The notes beneath the pieces are model-generated. The model did not search any database. It was given only the letters and a program-made list of their open reading frames with translations, and had not been told where the DNA came from. DNA of 64,000 nucleotides. Source: Dipteris shenzhenensis. Its lineage: Eukaryota. The stretch is from the NCBI GenBank assembly GCA_047967505.1, contig CM106538.1; one strand, 5' to 3'. Positions within the stretch are counted from its first letter, which is position 1. Each line of letters begins with the position of its first letter. Position numbers and translations under genes: made by a program. This document shows, piece after piece, positions 1 to 12,900 of this stretch.

Positions 1-493
1 GCCTGTTTAATATAGGACTCCCATTGGCTTTGAGTTTTGCATGCTAGATTCCCTACCCTTTTCATGCCATCTTGCAAAAGCCGTCTTTCCAATGTACCCC
101 GTTCTCTTAAAGTTGAAACTGTGGCATGCACCTGGAGTATGGAGCAAGTTAGCCACACATATGAAACAAACAAAGAATATACTGCTGAAGCTGTTTGCTA
201 AGACGAATATTACATGAATGGTAATCAATTTGGTGACAAGATTAAGAGTCCACCAATGAAGGAGTTTAAAAATCAATACAAAACAGTCTTAGGTAAGATG
301 TATCAAATTTAGCACATACCAGAGCAGACTTTTGAGCTTTTGCCTTTGCAAAAAGCTCAGAGATGCTTTGCAGCATTTGTTGTTCTTCTTCCCTAGCCTG
401 TTCCTATAAGCCAACCACTCAGCCGTTATCCCTTTTTTAATATTGCATTTCATGCATATAGCTATGGTATCAAAAGAAAAAAGCAAAATAAAC

Positions 494-3400
494 CTCAAAT
501 GTTCTTGCAAATGCTGCCAGACTGTCTTCTTGAGCCAAACTACTCTCATCAATACAGCGACTAAGCTCAGCAGCTTGTTTTCCGAGTTCATCAAAGGCAT
601 CCAATGTGGCCCTTGAAAACTCATTAGTCGTCTGTAGATTGTTATGTGCTTCCTGCAAAGTCAAGGTACAACTCTTCAATTGGATATCTTTCATTACTCA
701 TCGAAACTCACAGCTTCAGCTTCCTCATCAACATGGCCACTTTGTTTATGTACAAACTATAGGTGAGAACATATACAAGCAGGGCTTTCAAGTTTCAGCC
801 TACCTCCCTCTGCTGCTGAGCAAAAGCTGCTATTTCCTTTTGTTGTTTTAAGAGAGTACTTTCCAGGTCCCGCAGGACCAACTCTGCCTCTAGTACAGCA
901 TCACGTAACAACTGCACAGCCGAAGAATACCAAGAGGTTGAATAAATGCTACTATGATTGACAATGGCTTCTTTTAATCATTCTATGTTTTGCAAGAGCG
1001 AGTACATATATAGTAAGCCTCCTTACATCCTGCAGTGCCTTGGCATGGTCAGAAGTTGTACAAGCAACTCTGTCAAGCATCAAATTTGCACTTCTTTCAT
1101 GCGAGTGGGCCAGCTCATGCAGGCCTTCAAGGCGGGAAAAATACAGTATTTTCAAATCCTCCACTTTCCTTTTCAGTTCATCTGCAGACTGCAGTGAAAC
1201 TTCCAAATCAAACAGATGATCTACAATGATCCCTCCTCTCCACTGCTTCTTGAAAAAGGTCCTATATGCCTATTGCACCAAACATATTAAATGAGGTTTT
1301 CAATTACAAATTGGGTGATAAATACACTTTTTTTTGAAGACATAAATGCTTGAAGCTGTCCTTCAAAGGATGTGAGCTGTTCTTCTTGATGTTTCACAGA
1401 TGTGGACACAGCTTTCCTGAGAACTTCCAACCGTTGGGTAAGTTCTGATTGAAAGTTTTGAACCAACTTTATGTTTCCAGCTTCAACTCGCTCTTTCCGC
1501 TCTTCAAGACAACAAATATGAAACCCAAGTAAGAAAATTTGTGCCTAGGATGCCAACTGTGCATCAGACGACATGCATGGTAGGGAAGATAGATTTACCA
1601 ATTTTTGCAAATAGACCAGTCACATCTTGAACAGTCTGCTCTAAGTTTGAGTGTAAAAAGATGGTCTTTTCGAGAAGAGCGGCTTCTGCTTTAGGCAAGC
1701 AATAAAGACATGTGTAAGGGTTCATATCTGTGAAATATTGTTTAGATCTGAAGATATGAAATATTATTTAGGTCTAAAAAGACTAATCATTCATACTAAT
1801 TTTCTGCTAACCTGATTGCTTTTGGTTCAAGATGATAAATTCCTTTTCATCAATCTTATCGTTTGCCTGTCTGAGATCCTCCTGGACTTCGCTAATGGTC
1901 TGCTGTTTTTCCTCAAGTTCTTTCTGCAAAGTTTCCAAAACTTCAAAGTTACTTGCCAGTAATGGGCATCACCAGCTGCAGAGAAATCAACTGAAAAAAC
2001 AGGTATACGATAGATAATTAGTGGAAATAGTGTCTCTACACCTGCTTCAGGCTTAGCTGAGTACTCATTTCTTCACAAAGTTCATGCTCCAACTCAGATC
2101 GTGCTTGTGCCTCATCCAATAGCTGCACATTTTCCACAGTATCACATTTAAATTTCTAACATATTCTCAGTGACACCCCATTGCATTTCAGCTTTAACAT
2201 ACATTACAATATCAAGAAAACGTTTTCCTTTGCTTACATATTCTGACAAATATTGAGGTATTTTTTAATATATTCTTGATAGGGATCATCCTAGGCACTT
2301 CTCCTTGCACTGCAGCATTAGAATTACTATCCAATAAGAAGCATTTGCACTTTCAAGTTTCTAGCAATATCCAGATGGTGACCATACTGGGCACCAAACT
2401 TGTGCTCCAGGTATATACCCTTACACATATGCACACATACATGTAGATATTTATGTGTGACAAGTGTATGCATGTATGAAGGTAAATACATGCATGCATG
2501 CATATATAACATGAAAGCTTTATAAACACTTTATATAAGCATTTGATTTCCCAATGGGCACCTTATGGCTGGATTCAACCCATCCTCCTTATATGAAATC
2601 TTTTCAACCATTGTCTGACTACACCCATATATCGTCTCACATATTCTTGATGAATACCCTTCCCTTCAGTCCTGGCTCAAAATGCCATATACTACCAAAA
2701 CCATTTGCATTTTCCAGCATAATCTGACGGGCTATACCTTACGGTTGGATTCCAATTCATCCTCCATACGCTCAATCTTTTCAGCCATTCCCTGAAAAAA
2801 TCCACCAAGAAAATAGAAACCTGAGTCAAGTAAAACCCAAAGCCATTTCAGACAGGTCACTCAAAATTAAAATACAATAAGGAAAGTCTTATTTTGTAGG
2901 AAACTCCACTCCCCATGGGAATAGAGCTGCTGTCAGGCTAGTTGTGGAGGTTTGTCTCAATTATTTGAGCTACCACTCTTTGGCTAAAACTCCAAAAAGT
3001 TTGGGGGAGAGGGCAAATTGTTCAATAGTCAACACACCTTTTTCTCTGCTTCTTCCTGGTAAAAGCGATCCCGAGGGATGTAGATACCGCTCTTTTCACG
3101 TGCTGCATGTACCTCTGCAAGAAAAGTCACAGCCAAGAACCAAAAACCCCAAATTATTTTATTCATCACTTCTGATCCGTAGCATAGGAAAGCATAGAAT
3201 CTCCAACATATTGATTTTAAAAACTTAAATTTTCTTTTCTAATGACTAGAAGTCTCATTTACCTGCCTTTAACCTGTCAATTTCACCATAAAGTTCTTTG
3301 ATGAGAGTGGCCTTCATCATCTTCTGGTTAACCTAATCAAGTTTTATACAAGATACATCAGTATTCAAGATGTGAAGAAGAGGCAGAAAACTTCATGAAA

Positions 3401-5859
3401 ACTGACGTTAACATATTTGGAGAATGCAAATGGGCTTTGAAAGGATGATTGTGCAAGTTACAAAGGTGGCTGATTTTACAAACCACCAGCAAAAATCTCA
3501 GCAATTCAGAGAGGGTATCACTCTCACCTCTGGCCTGTTTTTTATACTCTTGGCACGTTGAGCATAGTCCAAAGTACTCAAAGTTTCCTCCAGGCAGTGA
3601 ACAGAGGGGGAGACGGTTGCTATTATGCAAGTTTTCGTCCTGCCACCTAAAGAATCTCTCAACAATCTGGTGAGCTTACTATCCCTGTCATAAGGGCACA
3701 CAAGAAAGTTAGGGACTAATTGTCACTGCCGCCAAACAATCCAACATAATTGCAGCGATCACATGTTTTCTGCAGAGGACCTCATATCACCTGTAAGGAA
3801 CGTGCCCCAAATGCTCGACAAGACTTGTTATAACACGGCCCAGTGTGAGGAGGCTCTTATTGATTTCTCCTGCTTCTCTTGCACGACCCTGCACAATTAA
3901 AATTTCAAAATTTCTCTCGTGACATGCCCCAAAGGTGTTTGCCAAGTTACAAAATATTTGGAAGATACGCGCCATAAGAAAAGTCATCGACTAACCTCTC
4001 TAGCACCAGAACGACAAATGTTTTCTGAGCCAGCTAAGTCCACCAAATTTAATTTACCACATTTGATCAACTCCTCGCCCTCTGGTGTTGCTTCTTTGAT
4101 GTGTATAGTTATGGAGAATATTGAGTGTGATCGACTGGCAAAGTATTACATCTCTATTCAGAGTCATCAAACTCAACAAACATCGAGAGTGATTTGAAGA
4201 GTATCAAATCCGTAACTATTGAAATCAAAGAGAAAATCTTCGCGTGGAAGCTCTGTCGTTGCTTCAAATTTAATGAAGCACACCCGACTCTGTTGTAAAC
4301 CTTATAGCTGAAAATTTTCCACGTGATAAAAAGTATGAGATTCGCTTAATCACCTGGACTGCTTGTTTAGTAGCGTCTCTGCAGTGCGTCTTTTCGCTGA
4401 ACCCCTATCAAGAAGATTGAAGATCTCCGTTGAATTCGTGACAATCTCCTCTTCAAGACCACGTACAAGGACTCCTCCTTTCCCGTCTTCCATCAGCGCT
4501 ATAGGCCTTCGCTTGTCGTCAGGCACTTTACACATTTCTTCGGGTGCCAACAAATCGGTTATTTCCTCATTGTAGAGCTCCAAAAAAGTAACTTTCACGC
4601 TGTATTCAGCATTCTGAAGCTCCAGAGTTTCAAATATCTGCTTGATCGCCCTGGGAATAACGCCAGCGTCGGGGGGAAGCTCCGCGTTCTACAGAATCAA
4701 TAGTATCGATAACGTAAGCTGGCTGGCAGCAGAGACAATGCTGCGGTCAGTTTGCAAATGCCTTAGGCAAATCTTTATCTTAAAGCAACTTTGAAGCATG
4801 GTCCAAGGTAGTTCTCAAAATACATAATACGATTGCGATTTTGCTTACTCTGGCTTTTCTGCCTGCTCCTTCCATCGTGTAGGTCTTCCCCGTGCCAGTC
4901 TGACCATACGCAAAAATGGTGCAATTGAAACCTTCCAGGACTTCATTCACAATTGGCACGATTGCTTGGTTGTAAAGATCCTTTTGCTGAGATTGGGGAC
5001 CAAAAACCTGGCGCACAGATATTTTGTAGAAGAACCGTTACATGGCCTCAAAAGCGTAAAAGAGTAAGAGCGTCGTACAATGACCGAAGATTGTTACAGA
5101 GGATGCAAGACAAAAATTGAGCAAGGGCTTCGCCAATGGGCATTGCACACAGCAATCCCGCAAACGGAGTATAGTTCACCTTGTCAAACGTGAAGGTGCG
5201 GTCGTGTTGTTTGCCCGCAATGTTTTGGGAGACAGAAACCTCACGTTGCTGGTCATGACAGGAGACGACCTGAGGAGCGTTCGACCGGAGTTCGTCGTCG
5301 TTGAAGGGTCTGCGAGGGGAAAATAAAGTGAGGCCAAAATAGGGGGAATGGAGGAAGGAGAAACATCAAGCAGTGGGCAAAAGAAATGTTGGGCCATTGT
5401 TCAGGGCGGAGAAGGAATGAATGCATTGAAAGTGTAAGCATCTAGAAAAGTTGCCGATCATTGCAGAAACGTTCGAGATTGTCTGTGGGAGAGACGATCA
5501 CGATTGGAATAAATGTCCAGAAACGTGTGCGATGTGCTGTGGAAGGAATGGAAGCGCAGAAACGTTTAAATTTGTGTGTGGAAGGAATGAATGAGCAGAA
5601 ACGGCCACCGTTCACTGTGTGACGGAGAAGATGAAAGATCGAAATCTCCAGATCAATGCGGTGATGCGAGCTAGGACTGATACAAGATTTTCGGAGCTAC
5701 GAAATCGAACGGGAATAACAAATGGAGGAACGGGAGGCCGAATGGGAGCGGAGAAACAATCGACAGAAGGTAGAAATGCAAGAAATCGAGCTGTGAAAGG
5801 ATCGAAGCGATCGAATTGGGGGGCTGCCGTGAAGACAAAGAAGACATCGAGAGGGAAGA

Positions 5860-5899
<40 letters not shown>

Positions 5900-5952
5900 G
5901 ACCTGCAACGAAGAAGAACTTGCACGTTGACGCCCTTCTCCTTGGAAGACAT
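494..5952 (-). CDS. KIN5: Kinesin-5 (BimC/KRP125-like) motor protein, spliced, 3' end not found (probably beyond window start)
   Basis: Starts [19 protein letters not shown]; motifs [64 protein letters not shown], then coiled coil. Exons read by hand with GT-AG borders: 5952-5903, 5309-5180, 5007-4849, 4688-4354, 4134-3996, 3888-3791, 3684-3528, 3332-3263, 3114-3038, 2791-2738, 2122-2042, 1923-1812, 1685-1599, 1501-1326, 1188-1027, 911-804, 652-494. Confidence 0.95.
2562..2614 (-). other. Decayed duplicate of kinesin exon 10 inside intron 10
   Basis: 53-nt segment bounded by AG and GT; reads [13 protein letters not shown].. versus [13 protein letters not shown].. for the 54-nt exon 2791-2738. 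Confidence 0.75.
5863..5894. repeat. (GA)n microsatellite in kinesin intron 1
   Basis: Directly visible GA run. Confidence 0.95.
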
Positions 5953-6156
5953 GCCTGCGAGCAGCAAAAAGGTGGAGAAATTTGTGCTGCAATGCAAGGC
6001 AAGATGGAAGGGGAGCAAGAAAGAGGAAGAGGACAGGAGAGTGAGGGGAGCCGAAAATGGTAATCGAGGAGGAGGAAGAAGGGGAAAGCGAAAAGGGGAA
6101 CCCGCGAGATTTTTGAAAAAAACTTGAAGGTTCCCGCTTCAATGAAAAGATTGGCC

Positions 6157-6189
6157 GAAGAAGAAGAAGAAGAAGAAGAAGAAGAAGAA
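6157..6189. repeat. (GAA)n microsatellite upstream of the kinesin ATG (likely 5' UTR)
   Basis: Directly visible GAA run. Confidence 0.9.
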
Positions 6190-6314
6190 AGCAGCTCATC
6201 ATCAACGTACAGCAGCAAAATCAGCAATTCTCGAGAACCTCATCCCTGTACGTTATAGATTTTGTCGATGATGATGATTTTCCTCCGTCTCTCTCCGACG
6301 ATTATTGAGCATTT

Positions 6315-6393
6315 TTTGCCGGATTTCTTCTCTGCTTTGCCGGATTTCTTCTCTATTGCTCAAAGGCTGCTAGCTTTGCCGGATTTCTTCTCT
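6315..6393. repeat. Three copies of TTTGCCGGATTTCTTCTC
   Basis: Copies near 6315, 6336 and 6374. Confidence 0.85.
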
Positions 6394-8322
6394 CCTGCTC
6401 CAACTTTGCTTTCCTTCCTCGAACCAGCTCGCATTTCGCTCAGCTCGCCTCTTCGCCTGCCTATGCTGCAACGACGCAAACAATCCACACATCTCGTTCG
6501 TCTCTGAATTCTCCTGCCCCATCGCCATGCCGCGATATTGCAGAACCTAGCTTCACACACTTTTTTGCTGCCTTACTGCATCCTCCGTTTTGTCGCTCCG
6601 ACAGCTCCGAACTACCTTCGATTTCAAAAAAAAATCGCTCCTCCTGTATCACCTTCCTGTCGCAGCGGGTCAGCTGGCTCGCCCTCGCAGCGCAGCTTCC
6701 GCCCACCTCCGTCCCTTTCAAGCCTTTCTGGCAGAGCGAACGTTCAGAAAACACCTCAGAAACGCGTCATCCAGGTTCCAGGGAGCCAACAAGCCACCTG
6801 ACGAGCCGTCGAACTCGTCATCGTCTTCGTCCAGGGCGCATGCACTAGATCAAACAGGATATCGAAGGCGCTAGACACCAAAATTTCCCTGCAAACAAGC
6901 CCGACGAAGGGCTCCAGCTAATAGGGCATGGGGACACCCAGAACTTCTGCAACACCAGCTTCCTCTTCGTTCGACAAGGCTAAGAGCTGCATCGAGTGAT
7001 TCAATGCTGGTAAGCTCACGCCAGTTTGCATCGAGTGATTCAATGCTGGTCCCCGCTCAAACGCCATTGTTCCTAATAAGCGTTCCTTGAGAGGATGAAG
7101 ATCTTTCTCCTTTAAGGATTCTGATCTTCACTGTAACTTTCAAATTGGTGGCTCTCGCTGACGAAATGCTAGGAAACAGATATCTTCAGATGCCCTCTAA
7201 TGTGGCAGGCTCAAACAAGGAGTCCGTCTTTCGTCACGGGATCAAACAAAAGTTAGATCGAAACACGCTTAGAGCATCTTAGTATCCTGTCACCCTGGGA
7301 TTTCTTCTTCAACAGAAGTAACGAAACCATCAGCTCCTCTTATCAATCCAACATCAGCACTCTACTATGATCTGATTCTCAATACCTTGTGTATCATGCC
7401 AGCCAGTTCGAAACGGAATGACCAATTTTTGTATCGTCGTATGGCACAATGTGCTCAAAGGTTCGTTATGCCATGTTACGATGACGAATTAGAGGGAGTG
7501 ATAGATGGCAGCATTTGCGGGAAAGCTCTTTTGCGACCGGAACTATAACGTGAAACGAAGAGGAGAAGATTCTAAAGAGATCGTTAGCGAAAGGCAGTAG
7601 TTTTTCTGCCATTCCATTCCATGTGGATTACCTTGTTCCATCGTCGGAAGGCACAGGTCTGTGGCGGTAGTCTTCCACAGGAGAGGAAACACTTTCGTGT
7701 ACGTGACTGTAAAAGGATCCAACAGTCCGGTTAGTGGAGATCATCAGGCCAATTGAAGGAGATGTGCCTCTGCTTTTTCGATTTCCCCAATGAAGCTCCA
7801 GCGTCACCACAATTCACGACACCGAAACGTTCCGGTGAATTTCCTCACCATCGGCGAGCTTGATCAGGATCAGAATTGGACGTGCGCAATGCCCTCATTG
7901 AGAATTTCCCCACCATTCACAAGCTTCATCAGGACTTTTCTTTTTCTCATGGACTACTCGCGAATCCAATTCATTGTCACAGTTACAATTCTAGGTGATC
8001 ATCACAAAGGGATGAGTGAGGATGGTTCAGGTGGGTCATCCCAAAGCGATGATCAGTGGCCGGTTTAGCTAATTTTTTGTTGCACATCAAAATTCGGAAC
8101 CCGACACCCAACAGGTCCAAAGGCATTCACTTGGCAGCAACTCTTGCTAGACCTTATGTGAGAGGATCTAATAGACCTTCTTGTGTTGTGTTCCATGTGG
8201 GATCCAAAGGACTTGGAGTTTGTCCACTTGAAGAGAGGGGTTCCAAACGAAAAATTTTGAATTTGGGTTCACTTGGAGGGCAAAGAGTTTTTTTTCTGCC
8301 CCTGCTCAAGAGGACGGGCTCA

Positions 8323-8440
8323 ACAAGCAACCTGTTGTCGATAGGGACAGACTGGGTTGCAAACCACCCCTCTCGCGTGAGCTTGAGCAACCCGTTGCCG
8401 CTAGGGACAGACTAGGTTGCAAACCACCCCTCCCGCGTGA
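8323..8440. repeat. About 60-bp tandem duplication
   Basis: Two copies of AGCAACC.GTTG.CG.TAGGGACAGACT.GGTTGCAAACCACCCCTC.CGCGTGA. Confidence 0.85.
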
Positions 8441-9943
8441 ACAAGAGGCCAAAAGAAAATACAAGGTTGGAATGGGATGGATGAGGGCGGAGTTCTCCCT
8501 AGAACAGTTTTCTTCAATCGTGCTAGTTCTTTGTTTTTTTTTTAAGTAACACATGTAACCTTGTTTGCCACGTGGCTTATTCTACTTCTAGAATTCCCAA
8601 ACTTTGTCTCGTCATGTAAAGAGAGAGAACAACTTCTACCTCTTCCACCTTATAATAGCGTATACATCGTCACATTCTTGTTGATCTTTTGGTGATATCC
8701 TTCCAACTCTCTAATTATTGTTCGCTTTCATTACAAGAGATCCAAACAACCTCGTCTTTCTGGCGAGAGGACTTCGGTATTCATGGAGACCATCTCTGAC
8801 ATGAGGTATAGACCATCATACAATTCAATCACTTTTGGTAGAGCACAATGACCTATAACTCATACATTCTATATGCAGAGACTCATTAGGGGAGTGTGGG
8901 GTCTCAAAAGGGTGATTTAAGGTATATCAAATGAGAGTACTTCAAGGTGTGGGTAATGCCATGTTGAGACAAGCATGCAAAAAGCTCCCATTGGCTATTC
9001 CTCTTACACTAGGGCCCACCTAAACCATCACCCCCCCCCCACACACACACACACCCAAACCAATGCTTGACCCTCCTCCCATGTGCACTTGTCTCATATC
9101 AACCCCACATGGTGGGCCCTTTTGGATGAAATTGGATTCTCCCTCTGGTTTGTTGAAGGTCTGCACCTCTTTCTTTGCTCCAGTGCTCTAGTCTAGTTGT
9201 TTTCTCCTTCGACTTTTCAAATTTTAAATTGTTGCACCTCTTATAATTGCTCTGCTCCCTCCTGCTCTTCCCTGTGTTCCCTCTTGCTTTGGTTTCTCCC
9301 TCCATTTCAGCTACTGTACCCTACAACACCAGTTGCTGTTGCTCTACTACCTTCTTCGCATCCTTTGTACCTGCCCTCTTTCTCCCTCTCCTCTGCCTCT
9401 ATTGGAGCTGCTCTCTCCCTTCAAGCTACACCCTATTCACCCACCTTTTATTGAAGTTCCATTCTTGCTGTTGTGACCTCTATATCTCTATCTTCTCCTT
9501 ATTATAAGCTCTTCATTGACCTACAAGCATGGTGAGGAACAAACTACAAGACCATGGAATATTGTGATCTCTTATGTGTTACTCAATACCATAAATGCAT
9601 TGGATAAGTGGATCCCTTGCACCATAGCTTGAATGGCTGGGAAGTTATGAAAGAATCTACTAGGGATCCACATAAGCTTCCCAAGAGCAAGAGAGGAGAT
9701 ATTTTGCATGAGTGGAGGGGTCGCATCTTGAAGTTCAAGTTTGGAAAGAAAGAATGGCTTGGAAAGGTGCAACACGTCTACATGGGAAAAGACATGCGCA
9801 ATCAATAATTTAGGATAACATCATATTGTAAGTCTTTCTATCTATGTACCTTTGTTATTATCTATGCAGACTTTAGAAGAGCACTTATTCATTGCAAATG
9901 TATTCCCTTTGGACTTCACAGAGTGGAAACTGAGAGCACTTCA

Positions 9944-12900
9944 TGTTGAGATATCGAGCTCCACTCGTGATATGCCAGGGTGATCGTTGTGCATTTATGT
10001 CACCGACTTGTTAGCTGTAGATGCGGTTGGTACACCGCCCATGAATAATAGCTGGATGACAGGTATCTTTATGTACTCTAGTTAGTGGCTCAGTTAGTAT
10101 GCCACCTTAGTTAGCTGAGTTTGGTTTGAGACCCACATATAGAGTTCACCTATTCTTTTGTACTTAGAGTTCTTTTGGCTTTCACAACTAAGAAGAGGAA
10201 AACTATTTTCAGCCTCCACCTTTGTATACATTCCCCCATTGTGTATGTGAGAAAGCTACAAGTGAGACTCCTTCCTTCTCTCCCACTCTCTTTGCATGGT
10301 ATCAGAGCTCGGTTCATGGTAAGGAAAAGCAAACCAAGTTCGCGGTGTCCTAGTAAGAGGATGAGTGTTGTTTTCCTTTTTTTTCAAGTTTGGGAGCAAA
10401 TCTCTGCAGGTAACACAGCCGGAAAATGCAAGAGTGCACTGTCTCAGATTGGGACGCCCTTCGCGGTGTGGCGAGAGGGCAATATATGCTACGAGATAAG
10501 GCAAAGCCCTTGGTTAAATTATTTTTTTGATTTGAGGCTATTTCGGGGCCCGTCAGTTTTGCAGATTTACCCTTGTGAGACAAAAGTTGTGTTACATAAT
10601 ATTTTGCAGCGTTCTGTAATGGCATCTGATGCTCTTTCACAGATTATCACCGAAAAGCTTGACATGAACAACTTCCAAGCATGGAAGTTTAGAATGACGA
10701 ATTTCCTTAAGGGAAAAGGCTATTGGGAGTTCATTACTAGAGCTGAACAAGAACTAGTTATTCCTAATGTTCCCAATCAATAGGGGTTGCAGGCATTTAA
10801 AGGCTGGCATGAGAGAGGCAGAAAAGTTATGTACTGGCTATCTATCAGTATTTCAGATTCTATGATTGTGCATATTCAGGATGCAAGCACGCCGAAGGAG
10901 GCGTGGGGTACTTTGATAAAAATATATAGCACAAATACGCAAGCCAGGAAAATGCAACTCAAGTAGGAGCATAATGTGTAGAGAGAAAATATGAGCATCA
11001 ATGACTACCACATGAAGGTGAAGAAGTTTGCAGATGCACTTGCTTCTATTGGGTCGCTAATGGAAGATGATGATTTAGTTTCTGTGACCTTGAATGGTCT
11101 AGGAAAGGATTATGCACAATTCCGGACATCCATTGCCGTCCGTGAAAATTTTTCTGATTTTGAGGAGTTGATTGCTCTTCTAATTTCTGAAGAGCAGAGA
11201 AATGGTGGTGCATCTTCTTCATAAGGAACTTCAAAAGAAGTCTTCTTCTACTCAAATGCTGGAAGAGATAGAGTAGAGGCAGAGGTAGAGCAGGCCAATT
11301 TGGAGGCTGTGGTAGAAATCAGAATATGCAACAAATTCAAGAAAATCAGTCCTATGGAGGAGGACGTGGTAACTTTAGAGGCAAGGGGAGCCAAAGAGGT
11401 CGTGGTGGATGGCAGAGAGGCCAAAATGCAAACAACAATGTTGAATGCTACTACTGTGGTAAAATGGGTCATATGGTTAAAGACTGCTATAAAAAGCAAA
11501 ATGACATCATGACTAAAAAATTGCAGCAAGGCAATTATGCATCCTCTAGTAGACAAGGTGATGACAGAAATGAGCATTTGTTTATGGTGCAACACATGAC
11601 CAATTCTGTGACAAGTGCAAAAGAAAGAAATGATGTGTGGTATGTTGACTCAGGTGCATCAAACCACATGACAGGTCATGCAGAATGGATGTAGGATGCA
11701 AGAAAAATGGAAAGACCAAGATTTGTGGAGACTAGTGATGATACTGCACATCCTATTGTGCAGATTGGTAAAATTCCTTTGTCTATGCAGGATGAAAAAA
11801 AGAAATACATGTCTGATGTATTTCATGTCCCGAATATCACCAAGAACCTGGTTTCTGTTGGTCAAATGGTTGAGCAAGGCTTGCAGGTCAGATTTAATCC
11901 TCATGGATGCTTTGTTGAGAATATGAAAAATAAAGGTCGCTTGATAGAAAAACGGAAGAAGAAGGACAGAATATTTACGTTGGATGCAGACATGCCTGAA
12001 TTGAGTGCAGCAATGTTTGCACATGGGACCGGTGTAGTTGCAGATATTGATATCTGGCATAAACGAATTGGTCATGTTAATGTACAGCGACTTAAATTAA
12101 TGCAAGCCCAAAATATTGTTGCAGGATTGCCTAACTTCAAGGTTACATAAATGCATAAGGTATGTGAAGCCTATTAATTTGGAAAACAAGCAAGGAAACC
12201 ATTTCCTAAACATGTTCAAGAGAGTAAGAGGCCATTGGAATTAATCCACTCTGATGTGTGGACTACTGAAGCTGCATCTATTAGAGGTTGTTATTATTTT
12301 GTCACTTTTATTGATGACTACAGTAGAAAAGTTTGGGTATATTTTATGAAAAAGAAAAGTGAAGTGTTTGGTCAGATGGAGGGGGAGAGCACCTCTCAAA
12401 TGAGTTTGCAAGGTTTCTGCAAGAGCATGGCATAAAGCAGCAGTATTCATGCAGTCATACCCCACATCAAAATGGACTTGCAGAAAGGAAAAACATGCAT
12501 ATTGGAGAGGTATCTCATGTCATGCTCAACGAAAAAGACCTGCCAGATTATTATTGGGCTGAAGCAGTTTCTACAGCAGTCTACATAATGAACAGGACTC
12601 CTACTGTAGTAATACATGGCATGACACTAGAGGAGAGGTATACTGGTAGGAAACCAGATATTTCTCATTTGAAAGTTTTTTGTGGCATTGCCTATGTTCA
12701 TGTGCCAGATGAGTTGAGATCCAAGTTGGATCCAAAAGTTGAGAAGTGCATCTTTATTGGTTATTCTCTACAGCAGAAAGCTTATAGATGCTATAATCCT
12801 TCTACTCGAAAGTTTACAGTGAGCAGAGATGTTAATTTTTATGAGATGAGCAGCTGGTATAAAGCAGTAAATGCGATTGATGATGTAGATGCACAAAATG

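Noticed and set aside
5612-6227. Long overlapping ORFs of 176-197 aa near the kinesin start
   Set aside because: Open because of GA and GAA microsatellites; only the 50-nt first exon is convincingly coding.
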